Assembly (NCBI GenBank): GCA_965368165.1
Contig: CBDULT010000012.1
Coordinates: 65,349-129,348 of the forward strand
Direction: 5' to 3'
Length of the DNA stretch: 64,000 nucleotides
Source of the DNA: an uncultured Thalassospiraceae bacterium
GTDB lineage: Bacteria; Pseudomonadota; Alphaproteobacteria; Rhodospirillales; JAPHRK01
The translations under genes and the position numbers were made by a program. The notes below the pieces were generated by a model. That model did not search any database. It was not told the DNA's origin and saw only the letters and a list, made by a program, of their open reading frames with translations. Of the stretch, positions 27,980-38,485 are shown one piece after another (position 1 is the first letter of the stretch; each line of letters begins with the position of its first letter).

Positions 27980-28519
27980 ATGAATTTCATATTTAGGGTT
28001 CTCCTTCTCGTTTCCTTTATCGCATTTTTTTCGCCGCTTAAAATCGTGCCGGGTTCTCTTATGGGCGTTCGTGAGGCCCAGGCTGCTGCGGGAAAAGGAA
28101 CCGGCCTTCCTTTGCCTCGATTTGTCTCTCTTCGTGCCAATGAGGTCAATATGCGGGCCGGGCCATCGGTCCGTTACCCGGTTGAATGGGTTTATAAGCG
28201 CAACAAATTACCTGTTGAGATTATTGCTGAGTTTGATACCTGGCGTAAAATTCGCGATTCTCAAGGCGGGCAAGGTTGGGTGCATAAAAGTATGCTGAGT
28301 GCTAATCGAACTCTTATTGTCTTAGGGAAGGTGCGGACCCTCAGGGCAAAACCGAATACAGGCTCAGCTGCCGTTGCTAAAATAGAGCCAAACGTTGTCG
28401 GCCTTATCAAAGAATGCCCACCAGAGATGGTGTGGTGCCAAATCCAATCCGGCGGCTATGAAGGCTGGCTGCGTCGTCAGGAATTTTGGGGTGTCTATCC
28501 AGGTGAAACCTTAAAATAG
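27980..28519 (+). CDS. SH3-like domain protein (DUF1058 type) with signal peptide
   Basis: LPLPRFVSLRANEVNMRAGPSVRYPVEWVYKRNKLPVEIIAEFDTWRKIRDSQGGQGWVHKSML. Confidence 0.8.
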   Translation: MNFIFRVLLLVSFIAFFSPLKIVPGSLMGVREAQAAAGKGTGLPLPRFVSLRANEVNMRAGPSVRYPVEWVYKRNKLPVEIIAEFDTWRKIRDSQGGQGWVHKSMLSANRTLIVLGKVRTLRAKPNTGSAAVAKIEPNVVGLIKECPPEMVWCQIQSGGYEGWLRRQEFWGVYPGETLK

Positions 28520-28529
28520 AGCGAGAGTT

Positions 28530-28590
28530 GCCCCCCTCAATCTTTCGCGCCCTCTTCCTTGCCCTGCCTGGCTTGAACAGGAGGGCCAAT
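28530..28590 (+). repeat. Possible degenerate remnant of repeat family A
   Basis: GCCCCCCTCAATCTTTCGCGCCCTCTTCC..CTGGCTTGAACAGGAGGGCCAAT shares the order of A-family blocks but is heavily diverged. Confidence 0.3.
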
Positions 28591-28682
28591 ATTTTTGGCA
28601 ACAAAAAAGGCGCGAGACCTTGAGAGTCATGCGCCTTTAGTATTCTAAGGTGGCTTAAGTTAAGCCTGCCCCCCAGAGAGCT

Positions 28683-29090
28683 TTAAGCTCTAGCTAATCT
28701 TACAACAACATCCACTTGCTTGATGATGGAACCTTCAGGTGCCGTGGGCATGTGGGTAATTGCTAACTCTTCGTCATCAATATCAGCCAAACAGCCGCTG
28801 TCTTCATAGAAGAAGTGGTGGTGGGCTGTTGTGTTGGTGTCGAAGTATGAACGACCCGCATCAACAACGATTTCACGCAACAAGCCCGCCGTTGTGAATT
28901 GATGCAGCGTGTTATAAACGGTGGCGAGGGAAACGCGAATGGTCGCGCCCAAAGCTTCCGTGTGGAGCTGTTCAGCGGTGATATGGCGGTCACCATTTTC
29001 AAAAAGTAGTTTCGCAAGGGCAAGACGTTGCCGAGTAGGGCGTAGGCCAGCAGTACGAAGACGATCGAGAACCTGGGTATATGGTCTCAT
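28683..29090 (-). CDS. irr: Fur-family iron response regulator Irr
   Basis: Fur-family winged helix (RPTRQRLALAKLLF..ATVYNTLHQFTTAGLL) and the HHH motif (TTAHHHFFYE) typical of Irr. The ATG at 29090 is preceded by AGGAGG. Confidence 0.8.
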   Translation of the reverse strand: MRPYTQVLDRLRTAGLRPTRQRLALAKLLFENGDRHITAEQLHTEALGATIRVSLATVYNTLHQFTTAGLLREIVVDAGRSYFDTNTTAHHHFFYEDSGCLADIDDEELAITHMPTAPEGSIIKQVDVVVRLARA

Positions 29091-29369
29091 GGTTCTAATT
29101 CCTCCTAAACTGTAGTTCCCATTTATAGGAGAACCATCATTTTTAAATATTTCCAAGCCACTACTAGGTTATCTTAAAATGGAATTGTTCGCAATATAAA
29201 CTAGAATATTTCAAAATTAGTGTTCATGAAGCGATCTTGTTTGAACAAGCCCCCGGTGGGGTGGGTCACAAACTTCCAAGCAATTGTTCTTTTTTAGTGG
29301 AAAGCATAATGCTTTTTCAAATTTGACAAATTCTATACTGGCCCCAAGGGGTAAAATCATTAACCCTGG

Positions 29370-30767
29370 TCAATCACCCGTCAAAATTCGATCCACTAAC
29401 TCTTTCACGGTCGGGATGAAGTTGTTTGAAAAGAAGGGGTCTTTGGCAAACTTAAAGGCGTTATGCCCGGCAAACATTAGTTCATTGTCGAGGTCACCGC
29501 CATGAGCGATGGCTTGCAAAGTTTTTTGAATGCAGAAACTCCGGGGGTCCGCCATGCGGCCTGTGGTGTTTTTTTCATTGTCGGCCCAGTTGCTGAACAT
29601 GCATTGGCTTAAGCAGCCCATACAAGCCCGCTGGTCGGCCCTGATTTCCTGTGCTTCATCTTCACCGCAGAACACCAAAGTATTGTCTGGAGTTCTTAAG
29701 GCAACGCTATGGCCTTCACTCATCCACCCCTCAGCCTTTGTTTTCGAATCGGCAGAGACATGGAAGGTTCGGTTGCGCGGACCCAACGTGAGTTCCGCAT
29801 TATTTTCCTCATCGGCTTCCGCCGCATAAGGAATTTGGCGTTCACTGCGGGCTTGTAATTTTTTAAGGAAGCCGTTGCGCACCCCTGAAGAATAAAATCC
29901 GGTGGGGCTGAACTTGTTAAGGTAGACATCCCCTTCTTTCAGGTTCATCAGGCGGCTCATCCAAGCCTTGGAGATGGGACTTTCTTGCGTGAGGAGGGGA
30001 CGGCTACCAAATTGGAAAGCGATGGGGCCAAGCTCAGGGTTATCGAGCCAGTTTTCCCAGTCGCGTAAATACCAGACACCGCCCGCCATAACGATCGGTA
30101 CATGCTCAAGGCCAACCTCGTTCATAAATTTACGGAGTTCGGCAACGCGCGGATAGGGGTCTTGGGGTACCTTGGGGTCTTCAACGTTAGAAAGGCCATT
30201 ATGACCGCCCGCTTTCCAGGGGTCTTCATAGACCACACCGCCGAGCCACTCGGGATAATTTTTGAAAGCCCGTTTCCACAGGGCCCGAAAGGCCCGCATG
30301 GAAGAGACGATGGGGAGATAATGCACCCCGTAGCCAGCAACAATTTCAGCGACCTTGTAAGGCATGCCCGCCCCACAGGTGACACCGTGGAGTTTGCCCT
30401 TGGTTTGCTCCAGCACCTCTTTGAGAATGCGCTGAGTCCCCCCGGCTTCCCACAGCATATTGATGTGGATACGGCCATTACCCTGAGATTTCTCATAAGC
30501 CAGATTAACTTGAGTGACGCCGCCATTAATGGAAAACTGGACCATTTCTTCAAAGCGTTCGCGCCGGGTTTTGGCTTTGTAAATTTGTGGAATGATCTTG
30601 CCATCTGCGTCATAAGAATCAGCGTTGACAACGGAAACAGTCCCGACGGCTCCGGCAGCTGCAAAAGCGCCTGCGCTAAGTCCGTTTGAAACAGCAACCC
30701 CTTTGCCACCTTCAATGATCGGGAGAACTTCCCGACCGGAAATCAGAATGGGTTTGACGGTCTTCAC
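29370..30767 (-). CDS. Nitronate monooxygenase / NAD(P)H-dependent flavin oxidoreductase family protein
   Basis: TIM-barrel FMN-protein pattern (PIIEGGKGVAVSN, GVTCGAGMP, PIVMAGGVW); long 465-aa form. Confidence 0.65.
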   Translation of the reverse strand: MKTVKPILISGREVLPIIEGGKGVAVSNGLSAGAFAAAGAVGTVSVVNADSYDADGKIIPQIYKAKTRRERFEEMVQFSINGGVTQVNLAYEKSQGNGRIHINMLWEAGGTQRILKEVLEQTKGKLHGVTCGAGMPYKVAEIVAGYGVHYLPIVSSMRAFRALWKRAFKNYPEWLGGVVYEDPWKAGGHNGLSNVEDPKVPQDPYPRVAELRKFMNEVGLEHVPIVMAGGVWYLRDWENWLDNPELGPIAFQFGSRPLLTQESPISKAWMSRLMNLKEGDVYLNKFSPTGFYSSGVRNGFLKKLQARSERQIPYAAEADEENNAELTLGPRNRTFHVSADSKTKAEGWMSEGHSVALRTPDNTLVFCGEDEAQEIRADQRACMGCLSQCMFSNWADNEKNTTGRMADPRSFCIQKTLQAIAHGGDLDNELMFAGHNAFKFAKDPFFSNNFIPTVKELVDRILTGD

Positions 30768-30913
30768 GCATAGTCTCCTATTTCGGCAGTCCCTGCTTTC
30801 CCCCCAACAACCTAGTTAGATAAAGCAGTTTCATTTATTCACTCGAATATAGATGATTTAATTCAAATGCGAAGCCCTCAAATGGGACCGTTCACGAATT
30901 ATTTCAATCTATG

Positions 30914-31624
30914 TCAGGTTAACCTATCCATAGCGGGAGGCAGGTCCGTAAACAAGGAATCAATGCCCCAGCTTAATAGTTTTTCAGCCATCTCAGGTTC
31001 ATTCACCGTATATGCTAAAGCTAGGTAGCCTGCTTCGTGAATCAACCCAATAATATTTCTATCTATCGTTTTATATTCTGCGTGAATAGATTGGCAGTCG
31101 AGTTTTTCAGCAATTTTTGCCCAGTCTTGTGGAAAATCCTCAAACAAAACCCCGCGTGGAAGCTGCGGCAGGGCCTTCTTGGCGGCCTTGAGCATAGGGG
31201 GGGCGAAGCTGGATAGCAGAGGCCGGGGAAGGGTGGAGGGCCAGTAAGCTTCAAGAATATTTCTTAAGACCCTCAAGGTCTCTCGTTCCATGCCGAGATT
31301 TTCTTTAAGCTCAATATTAAGACCTAAACCATGATCTTGGCACAGGTCGATAACTTCTTTCAAAAGAGGAACCGATTGCCCATTACCTGCGTCTAAGTCA
31401 GAAAGATCGGAGATTTTTTTCTTGGTCACATCCCCGACCCCGTTGGTGGTGTGCTTGAGGTTGCGATCATGGATAACCGCCAGATTGCTATCCGCCGTCA
31501 AGTAAACATCAAGCTCAATCCAGGTTAGTCCCAGTTTGGCGGCGGTTTCAAAACTTTCCAGGGTATTTTCTGGGGCGCGCCCGGCGACCCCTCGATGACC
31601 AATTAATTTGGGCAGGGTTAACAT
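30914..31624 (-). CDS. Glycerophosphodiester phosphodiesterase
   Basis: IGHRGVAGRAPENTLESF, ELDVYLTADSNLAVIHD, NIELK. Confidence 0.88.
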   Translation of the reverse strand: MLTLPKLIGHRGVAGRAPENTLESFETAAKLGLTWIELDVYLTADSNLAVIHDRNLKHTTNGVGDVTKKKISDLSDLDAGNGQSVPLLKEVIDLCQDHGLGLNIELKENLGMERETLRVLRNILEAYWPSTLPRPLLSSFAPPMLKAAKKALPQLPRGVLFEDFPQDWAKIAEKLDCQSIHAEYKTIDRNIIGLIHEAGYLALAYTVNEPEMAEKLLSWGIDSLFTDLPPAMDRLT

Positions 31625-31632
31625 TTGACAGC

Positions 31633-31665
31633 AAAAAGGGCAGCAGAATTACTCTGCCGCCCTTT
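31633..31665 (-). terminator. Rho-independent terminator after pnp
   Basis: AAAGGGCGGCAGA / TCTGCTGCCCTTT stem on the minus strand (one mismatch), followed by TTTTTG. Confidence 0.75.
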
Positions 31666-31690
31666 CCCTATGCATGTGTCGTTCAAAGGC

Positions 31691-33802
31691 TTAGCCTTCG
31701 ACGATTTCCAGGCCGGTTTCCTGGTCAACTGCTTTCAAAGACAGTTTCACTTTACCGCGGTCATCAATGCCGATGAGCTTAACTTTGATCTTGTCACCAA
31801 CGTTGAGGATGTCAGTTACTTTGTTAACGCGTTCATTAGCCAGTTGGCTGATGTGGACGAGACCGTCACGGGCGCCCATGTAGTTAACAAAAGCACCGAA
31901 GTCCATGATCTTCACGACGGTACCGTCGTAGATCACACCAACTTCTGGTTCAGCAACAATATCATTGATCATCTTGATGGCTGTAGCAGAGGCTGCGTTA
32001 TCAACAGCGGCTACTTTAACAACGCCGTCGTCATCAATGTCGATTTTGGCTCCAGATTCTTCACAAATATGACGAATCATTTTGCCGCCTGGGCCAATGA
32101 TGTCTCTGATCTTGTCTTTTTTGACATTTACAATGGTGATGCGTGGGGCGTTGTCGCTTACATCATCACGCGCTGTTGACAGAGCTTTTTCCATTTCGCC
32201 GAGGATATGGATACGGCCCTCTTTCGCTTGGTCGAGTGCGGTTTCCATGATCTCTTTGGTGATGGAGGTAATTTTAATGTCCATTTGAAGCGAGGTGATA
32301 CCGTCTTTGGTACCCGCCACCTTAAAGTCCATGTCGCCGAGGTGATCTTCGTCGCCCAGGATGTCAGACAAGATGGCAATGCCTTCGTCGTCTTTGATCA
32401 AGCCCATGGCAATACCAGCAACTGGGTTCTTAAGCGGAACGCCAGCGTCCATCATGGCCAAAGAGGCACCACAGACAGAAGCCATGGAAGAAGACCCGTT
32501 TGACTCGGTGATTTCAGAAACAACCCGAGTGGTGTAAGGGAAGTCTTCTTTGGAAGGCATCAAAGGATGCACAGCCCGCCAAGCTAGCTTGCCATGACCA
32601 ACTTCACGACGTCCGGTAAAGCCTGTACGGCCTGTTTCACCAACAGAGTAGGGAGGGAAGTTATAGTGCAGCATGAAGTGCTGGCGATAAGACCCAGCCA
32701 GATCATCAATGATTTGCTCGTCAGAACCGGTGCCCAAAGTTGCAACAACCAAGGCTTGGGTTTCCCCACGGGTGAACAGAGCAGAACCGTGTGCACGAGG
32801 CAAAATGCCGACGTCGCATTGAATAGGACGAACGGTTTTGGTGTCGCGACCATCGATACGGATGCCGGTTTTGACCAGATCACCACGAACAATCTTCTTC
32901 TCCAAAGATTTAAAGCCGTCGGCAACCATTTCGCTTGGAACACTATCGTCATCAGCGAAAGCTTCTTTAACCTTAGAGCGAACATCACTGACCAAATTTT
33001 GGCGTGTTGCTTTGTCGCTCTCTTTGTAAGCAGTCCGCAAATCAGCTTCACCAATTTCAGTAATCTTAGCTTTAACAGCTTCTAGATTTTCTGGTTCAGC
33101 AGGCATTTCCCAAGGGTCTTTAGCACAAGCTTCAGCCATTTCGATGATGGCATTGATAACTTTTTGACATTCGGTATGACCAAAGTTGACAGCACCGAGC
33201 ATGACTTCTTCGGAAAGCTCCGTGGCTTCTGATTCAACCATCATCACGCCTTCTTGAGTTCCGGCCATGACCAGGTCAAGAGTGGAATCAGCCATTGTGT
33301 CCATAGCGGGGTTCAGGACGTATTCACCGTCAATGTAACCGATACGAGCAGCACCGATTGGACCCATAAATGGCATGCCAGACAGGGTAAGTGCCGCAGA
33401 TGCGCCAATCATAGCAGGGATGTCAGGATCGTTTTCCATGTCGTGGGCAATAACCATCAACATAACTTGGGTTTCGTTTTTAAAGCCCTTTGGGAACAAA
33501 GGACGGATCGGGCGATCGATCAAGCGAGACACGAGGGTTTCTTTTTCGCTCGGGCGCGCTTCACGCTTGAAAAACCCGCCTGGAATTTTACCAGCTGCAT
33601 AAGTTTTTTCAGTATAGTTTACGGTCAGCGGGAAGAAGTCGATGCCTTCTTTTGGTTTCTTAGCGGCAACGGCAGTGCAGAGCACTTTCGTGTCACCGTA
33701 AGTAACAATAACGGCGCTATCGGCCTGACGGGCGATGCGGCCTGTTTCAATAATTAAAGGGCGTCCGCCCCAATCGATTTCTTTCCTAAATTCGTTAAAC
33801 AT
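31691..33802 (-). CDS. pnp: Polyribonucleotide nucleotidyltransferase (PNPase)
   Basis: Two RNase PH domains, then KH and S1 ([18 protein letters not shown]); 703 aa. Confidence 0.97.
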   Translation of the reverse strand: MFNEFRKEIDWGGRPLIIETGRIARQADSAVIVTYGDTKVLCTAVAAKKPKEGIDFFPLTVNYTEKTYAAGKIPGGFFKREARPSEKETLVSRLIDRPIRPLFPKGFKNETQVMLMVIAHDMENDPDIPAMIGASAALTLSGMPFMGPIGAARIGYIDGEYVLNPAMDTMADSTLDLVMAGTQEGVMMVESEATELSEEVMLGAVNFGHTECQKVINAIIEMAEACAKDPWEMPAEPENLEAVKAKITEIGEADLRTAYKESDKATRQNLVSDVRSKVKEAFADDDSVPSEMVADGFKSLEKKIVRGDLVKTGIRIDGRDTKTVRPIQCDVGILPRAHGSALFTRGETQALVVATLGTGSDEQIIDDLAGSYRQHFMLHYNFPPYSVGETGRTGFTGRREVGHGKLAWRAVHPLMPSKEDFPYTTRVVSEITESNGSSSMASVCGASLAMMDAGVPLKNPVAGIAMGLIKDDEGIAILSDILGDEDHLGDMDFKVAGTKDGITSLQMDIKITSITKEIMETALDQAKEGRIHILGEMEKALSTARDDVSDNAPRITIVNVKKDKIRDIIGPGGKMIRHICEESGAKIDIDDDGVVKVAAVDNAASATAIKMINDIVAEPEVGVIYDGTVVKIMDFGAFVNYMGARDGLVHISQLANERVNKVTDILNVGDKIKVKLIGIDDRGKVKLSLKAVDQETGLEIVEG

Positions 33803-33864
33803 GTAGTTTTTTCCTTACCACGTACGTTCTAACTAGGGACTCATTTCCGAAGCTAGTTGAGTTT

Positions 33865-33973
33865 ATTAGGATTGATCAACGATCAATCCGCGTTCAAATG
33901 CCACTTAAGTAATAGGGAGTATCCCTATAACCCCTGGGTCTTGCGCCAAATATTTGGCGGGCCGTCGTTAAGG
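33865..33973 (+). repeat. Intergenic repeat family C, copy C1 (in the rpsO-pnp spacer)
   Basis: ATTAGGATTGATCAACGATCAATCCGCGTTCAAATGCC..TAGGGAGTATCCCTA..GCGCCAAATATTTGGCG; aligns with 62208..62323. Three hairpins. Confidence 0.88.
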
Positions 33974-34004
33974 CCTTAAATGTGTTTTGCATCTTCTAAA
34001 ATGT

Positions 34005-34036
34005 AGAGAGGCGCTCATTCACATGAGCGCCTCTCT
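34005..34036 (-). terminator. rpsO terminator / pnp-leader hairpin
   Basis: Perfect 14-bp stem AGAGAGGCGCTCAT / ATGAGCGCCTCTCT with a 4-nt loop, 13 nt after the rpsO stop; followed by ACATTTT. Confidence 0.75.
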
Positions 34037-34048
34037 TAATTTTGATTT

Positions 34049-34318
34049 TTAGCGGCGGAGGCCCAAGCGTTTGATGAGCTCTGCATAGCGTTCCGCATTT
34101 TTGCGGTTCAAATAATCGAGCAAACGGCGGCGTTGACCAACCAACTTCAACAGCCCACGACGGGAGTGAAAGTCTTTGTTATGCTCTTTCATATGTTCGG
34201 TCAGATTGGTGATCCTCTCGGTGATGATCGCAACCTGAACTTCTGGTGAACCTGTATCGCCTTCTTTGGTGGCGAATTCTTTGACGACTTCGTTTTTCCG
34301 CTCTGCGGTAATCGACAT
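34049..34318 (-). CDS. rpsO: 30S ribosomal protein S15
   Basis: [59 protein letters not shown] at 34318. Confidence 0.96.
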   Translation of the reverse strand: MSITAERKNEVVKEFATKEGDTGSPEVQVAIITERITNLTEHMKEHNKDFHSRRGLLKLVGQRRRLLDYLNRKNAERYAELIKRLGLRR

Positions 34319-34343
34319 CGTATACTCCATTAAAAAATAGTTG

Positions 34344-35270
34344 TTACATATTCATGACCCGTACCGGCTTTATTTCAGAGCCAGTAATTCGAGCCAAAGC
34401 TAAGAGCTTTCCAGAGGCCATGACGCAGACAATGCTGTCTTGAGCCAAAACTAAATCTGGAAAACGGTTTGCCACATGCAGCAGGGAAACACCCTGTCCG
34501 TTGTACATGGAGCGGGCTTCTTCTTCCGTTAAGGCCAGTGCCGGGATGTCGTCCAGCGCGGTCTCAACGGGAAGTAGCCAATTTTCGGACGGCGCACTAT
34601 TCCCTAGAGTGCTTAGTTTTTCAAGGGAAATCGCCATTTTTTCGTCAAACGGACCAACCTTAGTGCGTCTTAAGGCAATAATATGTCCAAAAGTCCCCAA
34701 TTTAAGAGCTAAATCCCGGCCTAAGGCCCGAACATAAACGCCTTTACCGCAAGAGACTCGAAACTCTGCTTGGGACTCATCGGACGCATTGAGCAGTTCA
34801 AACTCATCAACCTGGACAAGGCGTGATTTAAGAGTCACTTCTTTGTCAGCCCGGGCCAGGGCGTAGGCTCTTTCTCCATCGACTTTGATGGCAGAATAGA
34901 TCGGTGGTGTTTGTTCAATTTCACCGATAAAGCCAGGAAGGGCTGTTAAGATTTCTTCTTCGGTTGGTCGCTTGTCACTGCGGTCACAGATATCGCCTTC
35001 AGCATCATCGGTTTCAGTGGCTTCACCCCACTTGACGGTGAATTTATATTCTTTGCTGCCAGCCATAGCATAAGAAACGGTTTTTGTCGCTTCACCCAAG
35101 GCAATGGGGAGGATGCCCGTTGCGAGAGGGTCAAGGGTGCCACCATGGCCAACCTTGGCCGCTTTTGTGTGGCGACGCACGGCGCCAACAACTTGGTTGG
35201 AACTCATTTCCAGAGGCTTGTCGATTGCCAACCAGCCGTGGAGGGGAAGCCCCCTGCGTTTACGCCCCAT
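34344..35270 (-). CDS. truB: tRNA pseudouridine55 synthase TruB
   Basis: [47 protein letters not shown]. Confidence 0.96.
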   Translation of the reverse strand: MGRKRRGLPLHGWLAIDKPLEMSSNQVVGAVRRHTKAAKVGHGGTLDPLATGILPIALGEATKTVSYAMAGSKEYKFTVKWGEATETDDAEGDICDRSDKRPTEEEILTALPGFIGEIEQTPPIYSAIKVDGERAYALARADKEVTLKSRLVQVDEFELLNASDESQAEFRVSCGKGVYVRALGRDLALKLGTFGHIIALRRTKVGPFDEKMAISLEKLSTLGNSAPSENWLLPVETALDDIPALALTEEEARSMYNGQGVSLLHVANRFPDLVLAQDSIVCVMASGKLLALARITGSEIKPVRVMNM

Positions 35271-35667
35271 CTTCGTCTTCTTCGTGGTTCAAATCACGCG
35301 CAACTTGGGGGTCACGAAGCAGAGCGTCAATATGGCTGGCTTCGTCAAAGGTTTCATCCGGTTGGAATGAAATTTTTGGGGTATGGCGTAACTTTACCTG
35401 GCGAGATAATTCGCCCCGCAAATAATCCCGAGCCTTATTTAAGGCCTTTACGGCCCCTTCCGGGTCTTTGCCGCCCAGAGGGGTGACGAAAGCCGTGGCA
35501 TTTTTAAGGTCTGGGCTAACACGCACTTCCGTAATGGTGACCAGAAGGTCTCTTAAGGCGGGATCGCGAAAATCTGCGCGGGAAATACTCAACGCCAAAA
35601 CATGGCGCAACTCTTCCCCAACCCGTAATTGCCGTTGACTAGGTGGCTTGCCTTTACTTCGTGCCAT
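35260..35667 (-). CDS. rbfA: Ribosome-binding factor A
   Basis: RQLRVGEELRHVLA, VTITEVRVSPDLKNATAFV. 11-nt overlap with truB. Confidence 0.94.
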   Translation of the reverse strand: MARSKGKPPSQRQLRVGEELRHVLALSISRADFRDPALRDLLVTITEVRVSPDLKNATAFVTPLGGKDPEGAVKALNKARDYLRGELSRQVKLRHTPKISFQPDETFDEASHIDALLRDPQVARDLNHEEDEDGA

Positions 35668-35674
35668 TTTAAAT

Positions 35675-35747
35675 GTCCCTCAAACGCCGGGCGCGTTCTT
35701 CGCGTTAGGCTTACGCCCGAATGGTCGGGCGGGGCCTCAATGGCCCA
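35675..35747 (+). repeat. Intergenic repeat family A, copy A3 (inside the infB-rbfA spacer)
   Basis: GTCCCTCAAACGCCGGGCGCGTTCTTCGCGTTAGGCTTACGCCCGAATGGTCGGGCGGGGCCTCAATGGCCCA. Confidence 0.9.
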
Positions 35748-35803
35748 GGTAAAATAGTTAATTTATACCCCAAATTCAGATTCTCAAAGAGGCTAAAATT
35801 AAC

Positions 35804-35829
35804 GTCATTCCCGCGAAAGCGGGAATGAC
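35804..35829. repeat. Perfect palindromic hairpin GTCATTCCCGC-GAAA-GCGGGAATGAC
   Basis: 11-bp perfect stem with a GAAA loop, 25 nt downstream of the infB stop. It resembles the ATTCCCGCGxxxGCGGGAAT palindromic repeats that generate ..SRFRGND.. pseudo-ORFs in many proteobacteria (from memory). Confidence 0.8.
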
Positions 35830-35853
35830 CAAAGGGATTATTAACCTTAACTC

Positions 35854-38454
35854 TTACTCTTCCAACTGCCTTGCGACTTCGGTGACTTCGAAACATTCGA
35901 TGACGTCACCTGCTTGGATATCAGAATACTTTGCGAAGGACATGCCACATTCGTAGCCTTCTTTAACCTCTTTCACTTCGTCTTTGAAGCGTTGCAAGGT
36001 CGATAGGTCGCCTTCGTGGATAACCACATCGTCACGCAGCAAGCGCACTTTGGAACCCCGCTTAACCACACCGCTGGTGATCATACAACCGGCAACCTTA
36101 CCCACTTTCGTAATGTTGAAGACGTTGCGGATTTCGGCGTATCCAAGGAAATCTTCCTGCATGGTCGGTGCGAGCAGACCAGAAAGGGCGTTACGGAGAT
36201 CGTCTACCACGTTGTAGATGATTGAGTAATAACGGATTTCAATGGAATCCCGTTTAGCCATATCCCGGGCTTGTGGGTTAGCACGAACGTTAAAGCCAAT
36301 AATCAAGGCATTAGATGCGCGGGCCAAGGTGACATCGGATTCGTTGACACCGCCAACGCCGCTGTGGAGAACCCGAACCTTCACTTCGTCGGTTGCCATG
36401 CGTTCCAAAGCCCCGGCAATGGCTTCAACAGAGCCTTGAACGTCGGCTTTAATGACCACGGGTAACTCTTGAACTTCACCTTCTTTGGCTTTGGCGAACA
36501 TTTCTTCGAGGGTGCCACGAGAAGCAGCCGCCGCACGCGCCTGGCGTTCTTTGCGTTCACGGAACTCAGCAACTTCACGTGCGCGCCCCTCAGATTTAAC
36601 CACAACCAGGTCATCGCCCGCAGACGGAACGCCATTTAGGCCAAGGACCTCAACAGGAACGGCGGGGCCTGCGCCATCAACGTCTCTGCCATGGTCATTC
36701 ACAAGAGCCCGTACCCGGCCCCATTCCTTGCCGGCAACAATAATATCGCCAACTTTTAGAGTGCCGCGTTGAACCAATACGGTGGCAACCGTTCCCCGGC
36801 CCCGTTCCATTCTGGCTTCGACAACAACGCCTTCGGCTGTGCGATTTGGGTTGGCTTTAAGGTCGAGAATTTCTGCTTGCAGAAGGATCGCTTCTTCAAG
36901 CTTGTCCAGGTTCAGGCGTTTCTTGGCAGAAACTTCAACCGCCAAAATTTCACCGCCCATTTCTTCAACAACCAATTCATGGCTCAACAATTCGGTGCGG
37001 ACACGATTGGGGTCGGCACCAGGTAAATCCATTTTGTTGATGGCGACAATAATAGGCGCGTTTGCGGCCTTGGCATGGTGAATAGCTTCAACAGTTTGAG
37101 GCATAATCCCGTCATCAGCAGCCACAACCAAAACCACGAGGTCAGTTACGCTGGCTCCCCTCGCACGCATGGCACTAAAGGCAGCGTGACCAGGGGTATC
37201 GATAAAGCTAATTTTATCACCACTTTCCATGGTGACCTGATAGGCCCCGATATGTTGGGTAATACCGCCCGCTTCGCCATCGGCAACATCGGTGGCGCGC
37301 AACGCATCCAAGAGCGATGTTTTACCATGATCAACGTGGCCCATTACGGTCACGACAGGGGGACGAGGAAGGCGTTGGCCCTCAACATCTTTAATACCCT
37401 CAAGACCAATTTCAACGTCGGCTTCACTAACCCGTTTGACTTTATGGCCAAATTCTTCAACCACTAACTCAGCAGTATCGCCATCGATAGATTGAGTGAT
37501 GGTCGCCATAACGCCAAGCTTCATCAGAGCTTTGATAACGTTACCGCTTCTTTCTGCCATCCGGTTGGCAAGTTCCTGGACGGTTAAGACTTCAGGAATA
37601 ACCACTTCACGGACAATTTTTTCATCCCGGTTAAGCAAAGCTTGTTGCTTAAGCCGCTCTTTTTCACGGGCACGTTTAACAGAAGCCAAAGATCGTGTGC
37701 GGCCTCTGCCGTCAGCATTATCCAGGGCTTGGTTGATGGTCATCTTGCCACCGCGACGTCGAGAATCACCGCGTTTCGGAGCCGCGCGTCGCTGCTCTTC
37801 AACCTTTTGCGGGGCTTTCTTGGCTTTGATGGGGCTAGGGTCTTTGGCATCAACCGTCAGTTTTTTCTTCCGCTCGGCTGGTTTAGCCTCAGGAGTTGAC
37901 TGAGGCTCTTTAGCAGGGGCAGGTTTTTTAGGTGCTTCCTCTACTTTAGGCTCAGTTTTAGCTTCGGCAGCAGCTTTAGCGTTTGCCTCTTCTTCTGATT
38001 TGCGCGCAGCTTCTTCCGCTTCTCGCTTCAGGGCCTCTTCGGCTTCCTGTTGGGCACGGCGGGCTGCTTCTCGTTTTTCGTTTTCAGCGGCGTCTTCTTG
38101 GGCTTTCTGGGCAAGTTGGATGGCCCGAACTCGCGCGGCTTTTTCTTCGTTGGTCAGGTTGCCAACGGGTTTTTCTTTAACAGGCTTTTTAACCTTTTCT
38201 TCTTTGACGACCTTAGGTTCTTCGACCTTGGGCTCAATGATCGGAATTGGGGCGTCTTTGACTTCCTTCATCTTGCCGCCACCGGCTTGAGTGTAAGTCC
38301 GTTTTTTGCGCACCTCAACAGTCACCGACTTAGACCGGCCATGGGAGAAGCTTTGCTTAACTTCGCCTGCTTCGACGGTCTTGTTAAGCTCCAACTTTCC
38401 AGGCCGTGCGAGGCTCAGAGTTTTTTTGCCGTCAGTGGTTTTCTTGTCCGTCAT
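35854..38454 (-). CDS. infB: Translation initiation factor IF-2
   Basis: K/E/A-rich N-terminus; GTPase motifs [21 protein letters not shown]; C-terminal IF2 domains. Confidence 0.97.
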   Translation of the reverse strand: MTDKKTTDGKKTLSLARPGKLELNKTVEAGEVKQSFSHGRSKSVTVEVRKKRTYTQAGGGKMKEVKDAPIPIIEPKVEEPKVVKEEKVKKPVKEKPVGNLTNEEKAARVRAIQLAQKAQEDAAENEKREAARRAQQEAEEALKREAEEAARKSEEEANAKAAAEAKTEPKVEEAPKKPAPAKEPQSTPEAKPAERKKKLTVDAKDPSPIKAKKAPQKVEEQRRAAPKRGDSRRRGGKMTINQALDNADGRGRTRSLASVKRAREKERLKQQALLNRDEKIVREVVIPEVLTVQELANRMAERSGNVIKALMKLGVMATITQSIDGDTAELVVEEFGHKVKRVSEADVEIGLEGIKDVEGQRLPRPPVVTVMGHVDHGKTSLLDALRATDVADGEAGGITQHIGAYQVTMESGDKISFIDTPGHAAFSAMRARGASVTDLVVLVVAADDGIMPQTVEAIHHAKAANAPIIVAINKMDLPGADPNRVRTELLSHELVVEEMGGEILAVEVSAKKRLNLDKLEEAILLQAEILDLKANPNRTAEGVVVEARMERGRGTVATVLVQRGTLKVGDIIVAGKEWGRVRALVNDHGRDVDGAGPAVPVEVLGLNGVPSAGDDLVVVKSEGRAREVAEFRERKERQARAAAASRGTLEEMFAKAKEGEVQELPVVIKADVQGSVEAIAGALERMATDEVKVRVLHSGVGGVNESDVTLARASNALIIGFNVRANPQARDMAKRDSIEIRYYSIIYNVVDDLRNALSGLLAPTMQEDFLGYAEIRNVFNITKVGKVAGCMITSGVVKRGSKVRLLRDDVVIHEGDLSTLQRFKDEVKEVKEGYECGMSFAKYSDIQAGDVIECFEVTEVARQLEE

Positions 38455-38485
38455 AGTAGCCCGACTTCCATCAAATTCTTAAATC

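Noticed and set aside
35711-35896. 61-aa minus-strand ORF in the infB-rbfA spacer (..GHSRFRGNDV..).
   Set aside because: Its sequence is produced by reading through repeat A3 and the GTCATTCCCGCGAAAGCGGGAATGAC palindrome, and it overlaps the infB 3' end. It is a repeat-generated pseudo-ORF.
37860-38200. Repetitive-looking DNA in the infB 5' third, and similarly at 17950-18200 in the pentapeptide-protein linker.
   Set aside because: This reflects Lys/Glu/Ala/Pro-rich low-complexity protein linkers that are in frame and typical for the IF-2 N-terminus. It is not a DNA tandem repeat or a mobile sequence.
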